A stretch of DNA of 62,954 nucleotides, the filler included, from Craspedostauros australis (Eukaryota), in the NCBI GenBank assembly GCA_030167865.1. It is 16 parts of 16 records of this genome, joined end to end, with 100 filler letters (N's around TTAATTAATTAA, not from the genome) between each part and the next. Parts side by side here need not be neighbours in the genome. Positions count along the whole stretch, not along the records: positions 26,591 to 42,669 come from JALAGF010000553.1; positions 42,770 to 44,620 come from JALAGF010000555.1; positions 44,721 to 50,609 come from JALAGF010000556.1; 13 more parts are not named here. One strand, 5' to 3'. A program made the position numbers and the translations under genes. Of this stretch, positions 35,736 to 47,250 are shown one piece after another (position 1 is the first letter of the stretch; each line of letters opens with the position of its first letter). A model generated the notes under the pieces. That model saw nothing but the letters and a program-made list of their open reading frames with translations. It made no database searches and was not told the origin of the DNA.

Positions 35736-36215
35736 ATGCTCACCGCCACCAGCCCTTCCGTTGCCAACGCGCAATTCGACAAGATGGGATCGCCATTCCA
35801 GTCTCCTTCCGCCCCAGCACCATCGCCAGCTGCTGCGATGATGTCCACCCCGACGCGCAAGCTCTTGGAACCCAAGGAGCTTCCCTTCCTTCAAGAATCC
35901 AAGCCCATTCCTCGCACGGTGCCCACGGTCAGCACCATGACGCCGGCCATGATGCGCGCATCGCCCAGCACTCCCGTGGGTCGTGGAATTCTCAAGTTTG
36001 ACAGCCCCTCGGCTGTCAGCCTGGTCGAGCGTCGCAAGCAGCAGCTCGAGAAGAAGTGGACGGAGATCAAGCGCATCCACCACGTCAAGAAGACCAAGTG
36101 GGGCATGTGCCAGAAGGCCGGAGTGTACAAGAAGAAGGTGGTCGTGGAGCCCGTCGCCATGGTGGACAAGGCGGACAACTTCGCTCCCAGCGTGCTCGTC
36201 AATGATTCCAACTGA
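35736..36215 (+). CDS. Small hypothetical protein, 159 aa
   Basis: ATG-initiated ORF with coding-like codon use. S/P-rich N-terminus and a basic C-terminal block, VERRKQQLEKKW...VKKTKW...GVYKKKVVV. Confidence 0.7.
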   Translation: MLTATSPSVANAQFDKMGSPFQSPSAPAPSPAAAMMSTPTRKLLEPKELPFLQESKPIPRTVPTVSTMTPAMMRASPSTPVGRGILKFDSPSAVSLVERRKQQLEKKWTEIKRIHHVKKTKWGMCQKAGVYKKKVVVEPVAMVDKADNFAPSVLVNDSN

Positions 36216-36860
36216 AGGGGCTCGTTCTTTGTGGAGGCCGCAGGCAGCTCGGTCTGATACGCGTACCAAAAGTCAACAGCTTCTTCCAACAGATCAAGAT
36301 GGCATGTGGCGATGGCATGTGGCGATGACATGGCGACGACCAAGCCTCCACATCCACGAGAAACAGTCGTGAAACAGCACAGAGACGTGCCAGACAAGAA
36401 TGACAATCGAAAGAAGATGACGAAGACGGAGAAGAGAGTGAGAGAGAAGGCAACATCGCCAGCAGCGTCAGTGTGCAGAGCGCAGAATGGAGCACAACTG
36501 TCAACAAGCGAGTACTCCTAGTACCGTACGATAGAGGTGTTCCAATTGCAGCTAAGTAACGAAGGGCACGCCATGATGCGCGGTGATGCAAAGTACCAAC
36601 AAAAGGAGACACAGAGAAGACGAGCAACCATGGTTGTCAATCGCGGCAACGGCACGAGCAACACCGTTTCCTGGAGTGCAGCATTCAGTGAACTACATGT
36701 ACAAGTAGAAATGAGGAGAAAATACAAACAAATACATACAAAAAAGACATGATGATTATTGCTATTACTGCACCGGAATCTGCTGCTACACGTTTATTGT
36801 GCTCGATCAATTGCCACTCTCTTCAGAGTATCAGGCTGTGCGGTTGCGCCTGATTCGTCC

Positions 36861-39422
36861 TTACAGCGACACCGCGAACATACTGCCCGGTTGAACGCCA
36901 TCTGGTATGGATATGGCTTGGAATTTCCCCGTTGTCGGATTCTGAATCTGCAGCTGCATGCCAGGATACGAATTCGGCGGCGCCTGGATGTTGACGAGCT
37001 GCACCGGCGCCGCTGCCACTGGTGCAGGTGGTGCCATCGCCGGTGGCACCATCGCCGCTGGTGCGGATGGCGGCGTCATTGCTGGCGGGAGCTGAAAGGA
37101 TTGGTAGGTACCAAAGTTCTGCGCATCGTAGGTGGCCTGCTGATCATTGGCAAGGCTGATCTCGCCTTCCGTATTGAGGTCGTAGCTGAGGTCGATGTCC
37201 TCCTCCTCGTTGTAGTCCTCCTCGAAGATGTTGAGCTTGCTTCCGGAGACGGGCGGCAGGGGCGTGATATTGTTTTGTCGAAAGTAGCTGACGAGTTGTT
37301 CCGGGATCTCATCGAGTGTCTCCTTGGTGAGGGAGCGACGATCGTGCTTGTGACGATTGAATTCCACGAATTGGACAATGTCGCGCATGTTGGTGCTGTG
37401 CTGCTGGAAGTCGTCGAGGAATTGCATGCGCGAGAAATCTTCGTTGCCGATGCCAATGATGATGATGGACAACGGCGCATCGTTGGCTGCCTGGATGGCC
37501 ATCTTGGTGGTCTGGATGTCGCTGACGGCACCGTCGGTGAGAATGAGGAGGATTCCGTAAGATTGCTTGCCGATCTGTCGTTGCTGCGCCTGGCGAGCGC
37601 GTGCCATTTGCGCAGCAGTATTGATGACCTCCGCAAAGACCGTGGGCCCGGACATGGTGAGGCCGGTGCGAAAGGTGGCGCGGTATCCCTCCAGGATTCC
37701 ACCGATTCCATTCAGTTCCGCGCTGGTACCGATTTGAAAGCAATGCTGGATCTGGCCGCCGTACTTGGCACCGAACCCCCAGACGGGGAACTTCTGATCA
37801 TCGTCGTAGCGTGCAATGATGGCGCCGACCGCAGAGATAGCTTTTTCGTAGTCATTGAGAGTGACGCCATCTTGGTGGATGTGATGCAGGGTGCCTGGTC
37901 TCCGCGGATCGCCGTTGGATCCGGTGAAGTCCACGGCGATGGAGAGATTGATCTCGCATCCGCCTGAGATGTAGTCGACGAAGGTGGGGGTGATTCTGGT
38001 GTAGTCCCTGCGCGGCATCGAGGGTGGTCTCATCGGCGCTGGTAGCGGCTGCGCCATCGGAACTGGAATACCAGATGCCATGTTGGAGGCTTTCGCGGGT
38101 GCCTTCGTGGCAGGGTCGGCTTCATCCAGAGCGCTGCCAAAGTCCTGCTGCATGGTATTGAGGGGCTGCTCCTGCGAAGGCTGCGCTGGTTGGTCGGCCC
38201 CGACGATGCTGGCCTCCGTGACGATCACGAGGCCGAACTTCTTGCCACGATGCAGGAGATGGAAGGAATGTGGCAGGGCAGGCAGCTTCTTTGGTGGCTT
38301 GGCGCCGATGTTGGTGGTGGTGATCTTGGACAGGAAACTATCGACGGTGGTCTCGAAGCTGCCCATCTGCTGGTGCTTGCCATTCTTCTCCCAGTCAAAG
38401 ACCTCCACGCGAATGCCCCTCTGCCGATCTCCAGCACACAGCTTCTCCATGTCGATCTGGGCCATCCTCCACTGCGGATGCAGGTTGTTGTTGAGCGTCT
38501 CGGACTTGTAGACGGGAATCCAGGTCCTTCCGCCCGCCGAGTTGGCCTGCGAATGGATGACGAAGAACGGGTCGCTCTTGCTGAACCATCCTTCGACATT
38601 CTTGAGCTTCAATCCCCTGAGCTTGAGGTGCAGCGTGCCGTGGTTGATTTCGGCGGCCTGAGTGACGCGCACAAAGACAGAGCCGCCCTTCTTCATCTTC
38701 TTGGCCTTGATGTTGCCTCTGGCACCCAGGACGTCGCCGATCTCGAAGACCGCCGATCCCATGACCTTGGGTTTGTTCGTCTTTCGCACCTCATCGAAGA
38801 CGCCGACGTTGATCTTCGTCTCCTGGCCGAAATCGTACTCCAGGGGGAAGGTGGTGATCCAGGTTGGATTGAGGCTGTTCTTGATGACCTCTGTTTTGCC
38901 CAACACTCGCGGCTTTTCCTGCGGACCACCAGCCAGCAGCGTCACGACGGCGTAAGGGTCGGATGTGCCTGTGGGTTCCAAAAGGAAGGTTGCATGTCAG
39001 GGGAGAGGCAGATCATGAGGGAAATAGAGTTGTGTGCGTGTGCGAGAGTGAGTGAGTGAGAGACGACATTGAGGCAAGTCAAGCGAATGCACAGTGAGCG
39101 TGCAGGTGCAGTAGTAGTAGCAGTAGTAGTAGTAGTGCTCCACTGGCTTCATCATGATGTTGACAAATTATTCTTTGCAATTGATGAAGCCTGTCTGTTT
39201 CTGCAGGGGATAATAGCACAACACAACACAACACAACACAATAGAATAGAATAGAATAGAATATTATACAATGCAATGTGATACAATGCGATGCAATGCA
39301 ATGAAAAGACAATGCCAATTGGACGCACCTTTCCCGAAGCCTGCAACATTCTTTAGCTTGTTGGCATATACGCTGATCTCCACCTTCTGCTTCTGCGGTT
39401 GTTGCTGGTCATTGCTACTCAT
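36861..39422 (-). CDS. Copine (C2-C2-vWA), about 733 aa, 2 exons
   Basis: Exons 39422-39329 and 38968-36861. The phase-1 intron G|GTGCGT...CACAG|GC gives LKNVAGFGK-G-TSDPY. Motifs KSDPFF, IAVDFTGSNGDP, LLILTDG and RDIVQFV. Confidence 0.95.
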
Positions 39423-40237
39423 GCTCGTTGATGGGTGTGTCTGTTGTTGTCCTTTGTTGTCCTTTGTTGTGTGCTGTCAGCTGGTGGTTGTTGGATGCAC
39501 TCTGCTCGCACTCGTGTATTCTGCCTCTCTATCTATCTATCTCTCTATCTCTTGGAGTTGTCTTGATGTGATGCCGTTCTCGATGTGATGATGTTTGAAT
39601 TTGTGCAACCCCCCAGAGGTTTGTCGTTCCCCATCTGACACACTTCTGTTGTCTTCGTGTTTCAAACGGCAGTGTTCGCTTGTTGTACGTGTCTTTGTGG
39701 CGCCAAAGTTGCTTGAGTCACGTTTAGTCTTGTTCGTGCATATAATGGTCGAATAGGTCGAATCGTGACGCCTATCACAACACGATTCAACACCCAAACA
39801 AGTCACACAACATCGCAATCCAAAGATGTGACGTGATCAGAACCCAACCTTCCCGAGCGAAGGAGGAAAGGGCCTCTTTGTCGATCTGAACATGAATGCC
39901 ATTGCGAAGTCGCGACCATCCTCTGCCGCGCGGTGTTGGTGTGCATCACATTGCCCCTCAACTGCCTCCATTGACTGCACCTACCGCTACGATGCCATAC
40001 GTACGTATGTGCTCAACGCATCCGCCGATACCCACCATCCCGCCTGCATTCAAAAAAATCGTTGGAGTGATCACAGGGCGGTATCAGTTGGCAGCGTATG
40101 ATGCTGTACGATGGCTATTGCTATACTGCACTATATTATCCATGCTCTATACTATTACACTCTCCTGCTGTGACACCACATACATACATACATCATCGTC
40201 AGCATCATCATCATCATCGAGGCGGGACATTCGATGC

Positions 40238-41884
40238 TCATGCCGCGCCGGCCGAAATGAATGGAACGAAGGGTGCCACGGCGACGTTCAGCAGGAACCA
40301 TCGCATCTCTTCTTTCACGATGTGGAGGTTGTCGTTGGCGCTCGCTTCCGTGCGTGAGTGCTGGCTTTCGAGGATGCGGATGAAGTTGATCAGCTGGACG
40401 GAGAAGCAGGACCATACCATGTTCACGTTCGTCGCGTTGCCTCCCGCGGACGAGGGTGTTGTTGTTGTTGTTTGTGGTGCAAATGCCTTTCCGTCGGTTG
40501 GCAGATCGGACGTTGTCGATTCTTGGACGGCGACGGAAGCGGTGCCACCACTTCTACGCATGCTCGCTTCGGTTTGCATCGCTGCTGATGAAGACGATCG
40601 CTGCTGATGCAGGTGCGTCCATCGTTGGTCCAGCATGGCGAGGTTGTTCAAGGCTGCCATGTACACCACATCCACCAACGGGTGGCCACGTTGCTCCACA
40701 ATGTGAATGCCCACGTCCATGGAGGTGGCGTCGTGCATGGCGTCTCGGCTGGGGACCTGCCTGACGGAGGACACGCAGCCTCTCAGGAGGGACTCCGCGT
40801 GACGGTACAGGCGGGCGATCTTTTCCCACGTCGATAGCAGCGAGTCTGGGCCAGCGCCATGCTGATCAGGGCTGGATGCGTCGCATGTCTGGAGCTGGGT
40901 TTGCATCTGCAATGCCAGTGCGAGGTTGAAGAGGATGATGGCGGAACGGATCTTCACATCGTCGTCGCTGTCGTGGCCGAGGTGGAGGTTGTTCGGCATG
41001 AAGAAGCCCTTGTTGTGGATGCAGTACACGCTGGACAGGTGTCCGTTGTCATTGCCGTCCAGGCTGCCTGCGTGGGATCTGGATCCCGCGCCTTGTCCTT
41101 GTCCCTGTGTAGGATTGGTGAAGGTGGAAGGGGCCGTAGGGTGGCGCGCGAACGAATCAGAGTGCGAGTACTCTGACTGCATCGTGTTTGCAATGAGAAG
41201 CTCCCTGATGGCGCTGTTTGTGGCCAAAGCACGACTTGGGCTGTCGGTCCCCATCGCAGCTCCGAAGCTTCCTCCCAGGGGCGGTCTTCCCAAGTGGTGC
41301 AAGCTGTCAGATTGATACTGCGTGTGCGGGGATGGGGTCGCAGCAGCCATGCTGGCGTTGCTTTCCGCCATGCAGAACGGTCGATGGAAGCTGCCAGGGA
41401 TCTGGTGGGTTGACGAGTTCAATGGACTAGCGGCCATGTTGTGCATGTCGGTAGCAGCTTGTTGTTGCTGTTGGTACTGCTGATGCTCAAGGTGGCAGTG
41501 CTGCTGCTGTTGGTACTGCTGTTGGTACTGATGTTGGTACTGCTGAATCTGCTGCACGTTTGTCCGGGGCAATGATTGCATCAAGGTGGCATGCTTGATG
41601 TGGGAAAAGGCGAGATGGAAGAGATGGAATGCAGCTCCCAGGTCCCGTTGTCGCAGAGCCTGAACGCCAAGGTTGTTCATCTGCACCGCTGGCGTGTGCA
41701 ACGGCAGAGCATTGGAAAAGTCGATGGGCATTGGTCCCGCTTGTGCGTTCGGGTGCGCATCCTGTGGCATGCTACTGCACGATGCTTGCTGAAATCCCCC
41801 TGATGATGGACAAGGTTGCTGCGGCACGAGGGGAGTGTGGTGGCCGTTGTTTGTGTTGTTGCATGGCATGGCAGGCGACATCAT
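40238..41884 (-). CDS. Gln-rich protein with a TPR-like helical domain, 548 aa
   Basis: MNNLGVQAL, SAIILFNLALALQ, KIARLY and MAALNNLA helices, a poly-Q tract and the C-terminus AGAA. Confidence 0.75.
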   Translation of the reverse strand: MMSPAMPCNNTNNGHHTPLVPQQPCPSSGGFQQASCSSMPQDAHPNAQAGPMPIDFSNALPLHTPAVQMNNLGVQALRQRDLGAAFHLFHLAFSHIKHATLMQSLPRTNVQQIQQYQHQYQQQYQQQQHCHLEHQQYQQQQQAATDMHNMAASPLNSSTHQIPGSFHRPFCMAESNASMAAATPSPHTQYQSDSLHHLGRPPLGGSFGAAMGTDSPSRALATNSAIRELLIANTMQSEYSHSDSFARHPTAPSTFTNPTQGQGQGAGSRSHAGSLDGNDNGHLSSVYCIHNKGFFMPNNLHLGHDSDDDVKIRSAIILFNLALALQMQTQLQTCDASSPDQHGAGPDSLLSTWEKIARLYRHAESLLRGCVSSVRQVPSRDAMHDATSMDVGIHIVEQRGHPLVDVVYMAALNNLAMLDQRWTHLHQQRSSSSAAMQTEASMRRSGGTASVAVQESTTSDLPTDGKAFAPQTTTTTPSSAGGNATNVNMVWSCFSVQLINFIRILESQHSRTEASANDNLHIVKEEMRWFLLNVAVAPFVPFISAGAA

Positions 41885-42769
41885 GGAGCTGTTGCTATTC
41901 GAAGAAGATGTGAGCAGATGGGACGAAATGTGAGGCCTGGTGTGGAGTGGAGTGTGGAAATTGTGAGGTGTTGGGATGGTGCAGCTCGTATCGTTGTGGG
42001 ACCAGCAAGGCAGAGTGCTGTGAGGATGGCTGTAGCGACTGACTGAGGTCGCTCGATGTGCTGATGAGTGGATCGTTTGATTGATTGGTTCGGATCTGTG
42101 ATTATGTGTTCGTCAAAGTCGATGGCTGGGTTGGTGGGTGCGCAAGCATTCATCTATTGCAACTGCAGCGTGTGGGGCAGAACGGATGCGATCAGATACG
42201 TATGCGCGGTTTGTGCGATCTGCGTGGTCTGTGCCAACGTGTCTGACTTCACAGTTGCGAATTCGAGAACGCAATAGAGGATTAGCAGCGTTTTCTGAGA
42301 TGCGGAAGCACCGCGCCCTGGTACTCTTTACTCTGGTCTGTTCAATACCAATAAATGCGCGCGAGGAGTTTCTACTCCACAACGTCAACACTGCAGGTAT
42401 GCTTGTGGCGGCCTTGTCGATGACAAACGCTTTTCCTCTTGATTTTCTGCCTCAGGGAGCAACGGTAAAAAATGAAAATTACCATAGGTCGGAAAATAAG
42501 CTGAAATGAAACACGTACGCGACGGTGGCTTGGACTGAATAGCATGACCGGGGCAACCAGTGTTGGAGCGCGGAGAGCGAAGCAGCTCACAAACCCGAGA
42601 AGCACCACTCCTGTGTTGTTGGCAACTGTGCTGGTTTTGCTGATTAAGTGTGCATTTGTTCGTGTTGTGNNNNNNNNNNNNNNNNNNNNNNNNNNNNNNN
42701 NNNNNNNNNNNNNTTAATTAATTAANNNNNNNNNNNNNNNNNNNNNNNNNNNNNNNNNNNNNNNNNNNN

Positions 42770-43669
42770 CGGATCATCACGCAAAGCCTCAAGTTCGTGC
42801 ACCTTGTGTTGCCACAGGTCCAGGAACTGCTCACGGGTCTTGCGCCACTGCTTATCCAGCTTGAACTTGATGATCTCGTCTCGGATGCGTCGGATGGTGT
42901 TGACGGCGGTGGCACCGGTGGTGTACTCGCGGACCAGCCTGCAGTAGACGGCTTGTCCATCACAGATCGATTCGTACGGAGTGACACACTTCCTGCTCTT
43001 CGTGGTCTGCAGGTTGGATACAAACACGTTGAACAGGAAGGTGGACTGCACTTTGAAGAGCTCGGCTTGTTCATCGGATGGGGTGTAGTCAACATCGAGA
43101 ACATTGGAGATGCCATGAGCAGCAGCAGTGGCACGCAGACGACGATGGAATGTAGCGAAGTATTTATCATCAGACAACTTTGGGTAGTCGCTAATGTTAC
43201 GTTTGATGCTACGGTTGAAATCTGCGGCGAGGTCGCGTCCGGTCTTCTCCGTTGGTTCGGTCTTCGTTGTCTCGAAGGGGAATGCGCTGGTGGCTGTGTC
43301 AGGCATGGCGGCCGAGGATGCGGGCGATGGCGTGAACGTCCGGGCGACATACTCCATGTAAGAAGCTTGGTTGAGTTCCTGCCATGTCTCTACAGTAGGA
43401 TTAGGTTGAACACTGAACCAGCCAATGGCATTTGTGAATTTCCGGACTGCTAGCTTAGACAGTTGGGCTACGTAGTCGGGTTCTGGATCAGATCGTTCGA
43501 TGGTGGCATTGAACTCGAGCATGTCCCCGCGATGGAGCGAAGCAAAATCCATGATGGTTCGGATCTCTTCGGTATGCAAGATAAGCCATTCAGTTGACGA
43601 GTCGTCATATCCGAGAACGCTGAGGACGTGCGCCAGGATGGTGTCGTTGATTGGGATTGGGTTGGACAT
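42770..43669 (-). mobile_element. Diatom Ty1/copia (CoDi-type) gag, N-terminal part
   Basis: FNRSIKRNISDYPKLSDDKYFATFHRRLRATAAAHGISNVLDVDYTP...DGQAVY. Truncated at the contig end. The 5' leader extends towards about 44520. Confidence 0.85.
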
Positions 43670-44918
43670 CGTGTAGCTGGGTGTTGCGAGGTGGTAGTAG
43701 TAGGTCCAGATTTGTTGTTATTTTTATCGGACGTGTAAATTACCGCAGCTCCCAGGAAAGTGGTCACACTTAGAAATGACTGTGCCGTCCGCTGTGATGT
43801 CGAAGTGTTCGCCGGGATGTGACGGTGGACTTCTGCGCTTGTCGGAATTCGTCGGGATTGGAAGTGGTGCCGGATGGAAAGCGCCAGTGATGGCGGAGGC
43901 GTCAGCGGTAGTGTGATGTCACGAGTGGACTGCGGTTAATCCGTGCGCGATGTCTCGAATTGTGACTGACCGACGGATGGAAGGCCAGACGGGACCGTGT
44001 GAATTTCCCGATCGATGAATGCGAAGATGACCGTGCTTAACCCGAGGCGAAGGATGACCGATGGAAAAACGTCAGTCAGGACCGTGTGAATTTCCCGTTT
44101 GTGCGATGTGTTGGCGCGCGACCCGAAGTCGGATGAATGACTGGAATGGCGAAGGAGTTGTGAGCCGGTGATGACGCGCCAGTGATTGTACGAACTGAAG
44201 GAATTCGTAGCCAATCAGAAGGTGGACTGAGCGCAAATGGNNNNNNNNNNNNNNNNNNNNNNNNNNNNNNNNNNNNNNNNNNNNNNNNNNNNNNNNNNNN
44301 NNNNNNNNNNNNNNNNNNNNNNNNNNNNNNNNNNNNNNNNNNNNNNNNNNNNNNNNNNNNNNNNNNNNNNNNNNNNNNNNNNNNNNNNNNNNNNNNNNNN
44401 NNNNNNNNNNNNNNNNNNNNNNNNNNNATCCAATCCGTGCCTCCTTTGAGTGCCACGGATCAGCTTGCTATACGTGTTTTAGATCTGGCAGCAGCTTGCC
44501 CGATGTACCTGATACTAACAGGGTTTTGCACGCTACTGAGCGCGGTGCCCCCCAGGTGCCAGCAGTCGCTTTAATTCACCTGGTTCCACCACTCGCGTTT
44601 TCGTCCAGCGTATACCTGCCNNNNNNNNNNNNNNNNNNNNNNNNNNNNNNNNNNNNNNNNNNNNTTAATTAATTAANNNNNNNNNNNNNNNNNNNNNNNN
44701 NNNNNNNNNNNNNNNNNNNNTGGCTTTACTGGAGAGAGGAGAGTTATGATCTCCTCAATTCAAATTCCAAAATAATAGAAGACACCTTGAAATCATTTTG
44801 AAAGCACTCCGTGTTCTCTCCCACTCTATTAATCACATAACTGCTTTGTGCAAGCACCAAAACCTATGTCACAAATGCTCTTCCTTTCATGCTGTCCCGA
44901 TTCTTCTGTTGCGGTCTC

Positions 44919-46268
44919 TCATGCGCGATCCGTGGTGCTGCTGTTGTCGCTGTTGCTGTTGTCGCTGCTGCTCTCACCCCAGCTGCCCCGGCTTGTCGTT
45001 CTCACATTCGACGTGGCTTGCGATATCCGCCGTTTCGATTTGTCCTTGGATGGTTCCGGATCCTCCTGCAATGCCATGCGTGATTCCTTGGAGCATGACC
45101 GTGGGTTCTCAGAGAATGTTGTCGCCACCAAGGTTTCGTAGTTGAATATCGCGGACACCACAGCGCGCGCGTACGTCAAGTGTGGGTACTTACGACGCAG
45201 CAGCGCGATGCGAGGCCGCAAGAAGACGAGGACGTTACCGAATCCCTGCAGCGGGCATATGAAGGCGTACACCAACGTCACCACGAATGGCACCTTGTAT
45301 CCCAGAATGGAAAGGTTGAATGGGACGAAACCGGGGGCGTAGGACAGGAAGAAAATGCCGACGTACCAGTAGGCCTGCGTGGCAACTTCCTGGACGCGAT
45401 CGACGACGCCGCTGGTTGTGGATTGGTCCGCTGGAGTTTGCCTTTCCTCAGTCGTCCGCCCGCTCTTCGTTGCCACAGCTTTGGGCATCACGACGGATCC
45501 ATCCATCCCCATGCGTCGCGCGCTGGTCAATCGCTGCTGCATGGAGGCATCTTTGGCGGCCTTTGATTTGATTCGTTTTTGCCGTTCCTGTTCCTGCTGT
45601 TCACGAGCCACTTTGACGACAGCTGTAACCTCCTTGTTGATCTTCCACATGTAGAATATGATGAGGGAGACGATGGTCATGCATGGCACACCGATGAAAG
45701 CCCAACCTAGGATGAATGCGCTCTCGCCTCTTTCGCACTCCACATCCTCCTCCGTCAAACAGTTGGGCGGTGACGGAGCAAGCCAACAACCGTTGGTGCC
45801 AAAATTCATCGTCCCCAACGCGACGCTCACCAGACCAGAGATACACGGGAACCCCGTCGCAAGGAGATGCCAGAAGTGCTCCCACCCATCGTTGTAGTAA
45901 GCCTCGTCGTTGTAGCCTTGGCACACGGACTTGTAGAAGAAATGAGCCAGCGCGCCATTGTAGAACATGCTGCTGAGGCCGCTCTGGTAGAGGAAGCCCT
46001 GGACGCCGCAAGTGGTGTCGTTGCCCATGGCGCCCCACAGGTTGGGAGTGTCGGACGGTGCTGGCAGATTCCATGCCATGAACATCAAGGAGCTGACGAT
46101 ATCGCCGATGCTGAGCGCGAAGAGGAATCGGTATTTGATCTGGCCGAATTTGCCGTTCCAGTCGCAGATGATGAGCCCGAGGATGACGGCGGATCCGCAG
46201 AGCGAGACGAATCCGCTGGTGCTGGCTGTGACCTGCAGCGCGATGAACTCGGGTGTGCTGTAGTCCAT
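44919..46268 (-). CDS. 7TM G-protein-coupled receptor (cAMP-receptor/Git3-like), 449 aa
   Basis: ATG at 46268 and seven hydrophobic helices. Motifs YRFLFALSIGD, TCGVQGF, GCWLAPSP-C...CERG and PLQGFGNVLVFLRPR. Confidence 0.88.
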   Translation of the reverse strand: MDYSTPEFIALQVTASTSGFVSLCGSAVILGLIICDWNGKFGQIKYRFLFALSIGDIVSSLMFMAWNLPAPSDTPNLWGAMGNDTTCGVQGFLYQSGLSSMFYNGALAHFFYKSVCQGYNDEAYYNDGWEHFWHLLATGFPCISGLVSVALGTMNFGTNGCWLAPSPPNCLTEEDVECERGESAFILGWAFIGVPCMTIVSLIIFYMWKINKEVTAVVKVAREQQEQERQKRIKSKAAKDASMQQRLTSARRMGMDGSVVMPKAVATKSGRTTEERQTPADQSTTSGVVDRVQEVATQAYWYVGIFFLSYAPGFVPFNLSILGYKVPFVVTLVYAFICPLQGFGNVLVFLRPRIALLRRKYPHLTYARAVVSAIFNYETLVATTFSENPRSCSKESRMALQEDPEPSKDKSKRRISQATSNVRTTSRGSWGESSSDNSNSDNSSTTDRA

Positions 46269-47136
46269 GGTTTGCGATGTGATGTATTGTGGTTTGTTGT
46301 GGCGTATTCGTATTGTGTGCGACAGTGTTGTGATGAATACTGAGGTGGTTACAAGCAGAGTCAGAGTTGAGTTGAGTTGTGTCAAGTCGAGTTGGAGTTC
46401 ATCGGATGCTGTCAAACTCAATGTGACTGTGCCGCAAAGCGGACAAGCCTGTGAGTGACGAGCCACAGATACCGGTCCTCATGATACGAGCTATCAGCAG
46501 AACCGACAATTGGACGAAGTGATTGTCGAGTGAAGGAGGAAGAATGATGGGATCGAGAGAAAAACAAACGCTTGTCAGACAAGGGGTTGTTTCCCGATCA
46601 AAAGCGAAACGCCGCGGCTTTTACACCACCTACGGGAGCCGATGACGTCCAACCTCCGAGGGTACGCGAACAAGTCCAATTCCGTGTATAATAGAATACT
46701 ATTTAGCAACTGTTGACAACATGATTTGCGGAGTTGGGAACGGTTGCGGTGTCCCAATGTTCGAAAGTGTTGCGAAACTCCGTTTTGCTACCACTCTACT
46801 TCACAAACATTGGACATCTTGTGAGCACTCGCTGAGTGTGTGTCCACGATTAGAACGTGCTTGTGTTGGTGGAGACGGTTCCTGTTTCTTGTTGATGTCC
46901 TTCGATTCTGTGAAGATTTGCAAGGGTTGCCTCCGAGAGATGCGTTTTGTGGGTACGTGACAAACTTCGCGCTTGGATGTCTGGTTGGGACTCTCGGCAG
47001 AAAGTCGGGATTCCATCAACCAGCCACACGTTAAGTAAAATAGCATTGTGACATTATTCAACGGTCACGCAGTGTTGTCGTGTTTGGCGCCAATTACTCC
47101 CTTCAGAAAACCTTGAGTCGCAACAGAGAAACTCCT

Positions 47137-47250
47137 GACATTCCCGACAAAGCGTTCGACATTCTCGACAAAACGCCCGGCATTCCCGGCATGGGCGGCA
47201 AAGCGCTTGGCATTCCTCGCGAGACAGGTGACATTCTCGATCAACATTGT
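47137..47250. repeat. Degenerate ~21-nt tandem repeat, about 5 units
   Basis: G(A/G)CATTC(C/T)CG(A/G)CAAAGCG.. units. Confidence 0.65.

Noticed and set aside
44196..44215. TGGCTACGAA on the minus strand as a possible primer-binding site
   Set aside because: The LTR end is hidden in Ns and I cannot match the sequence to a tRNA 3' end without a search.
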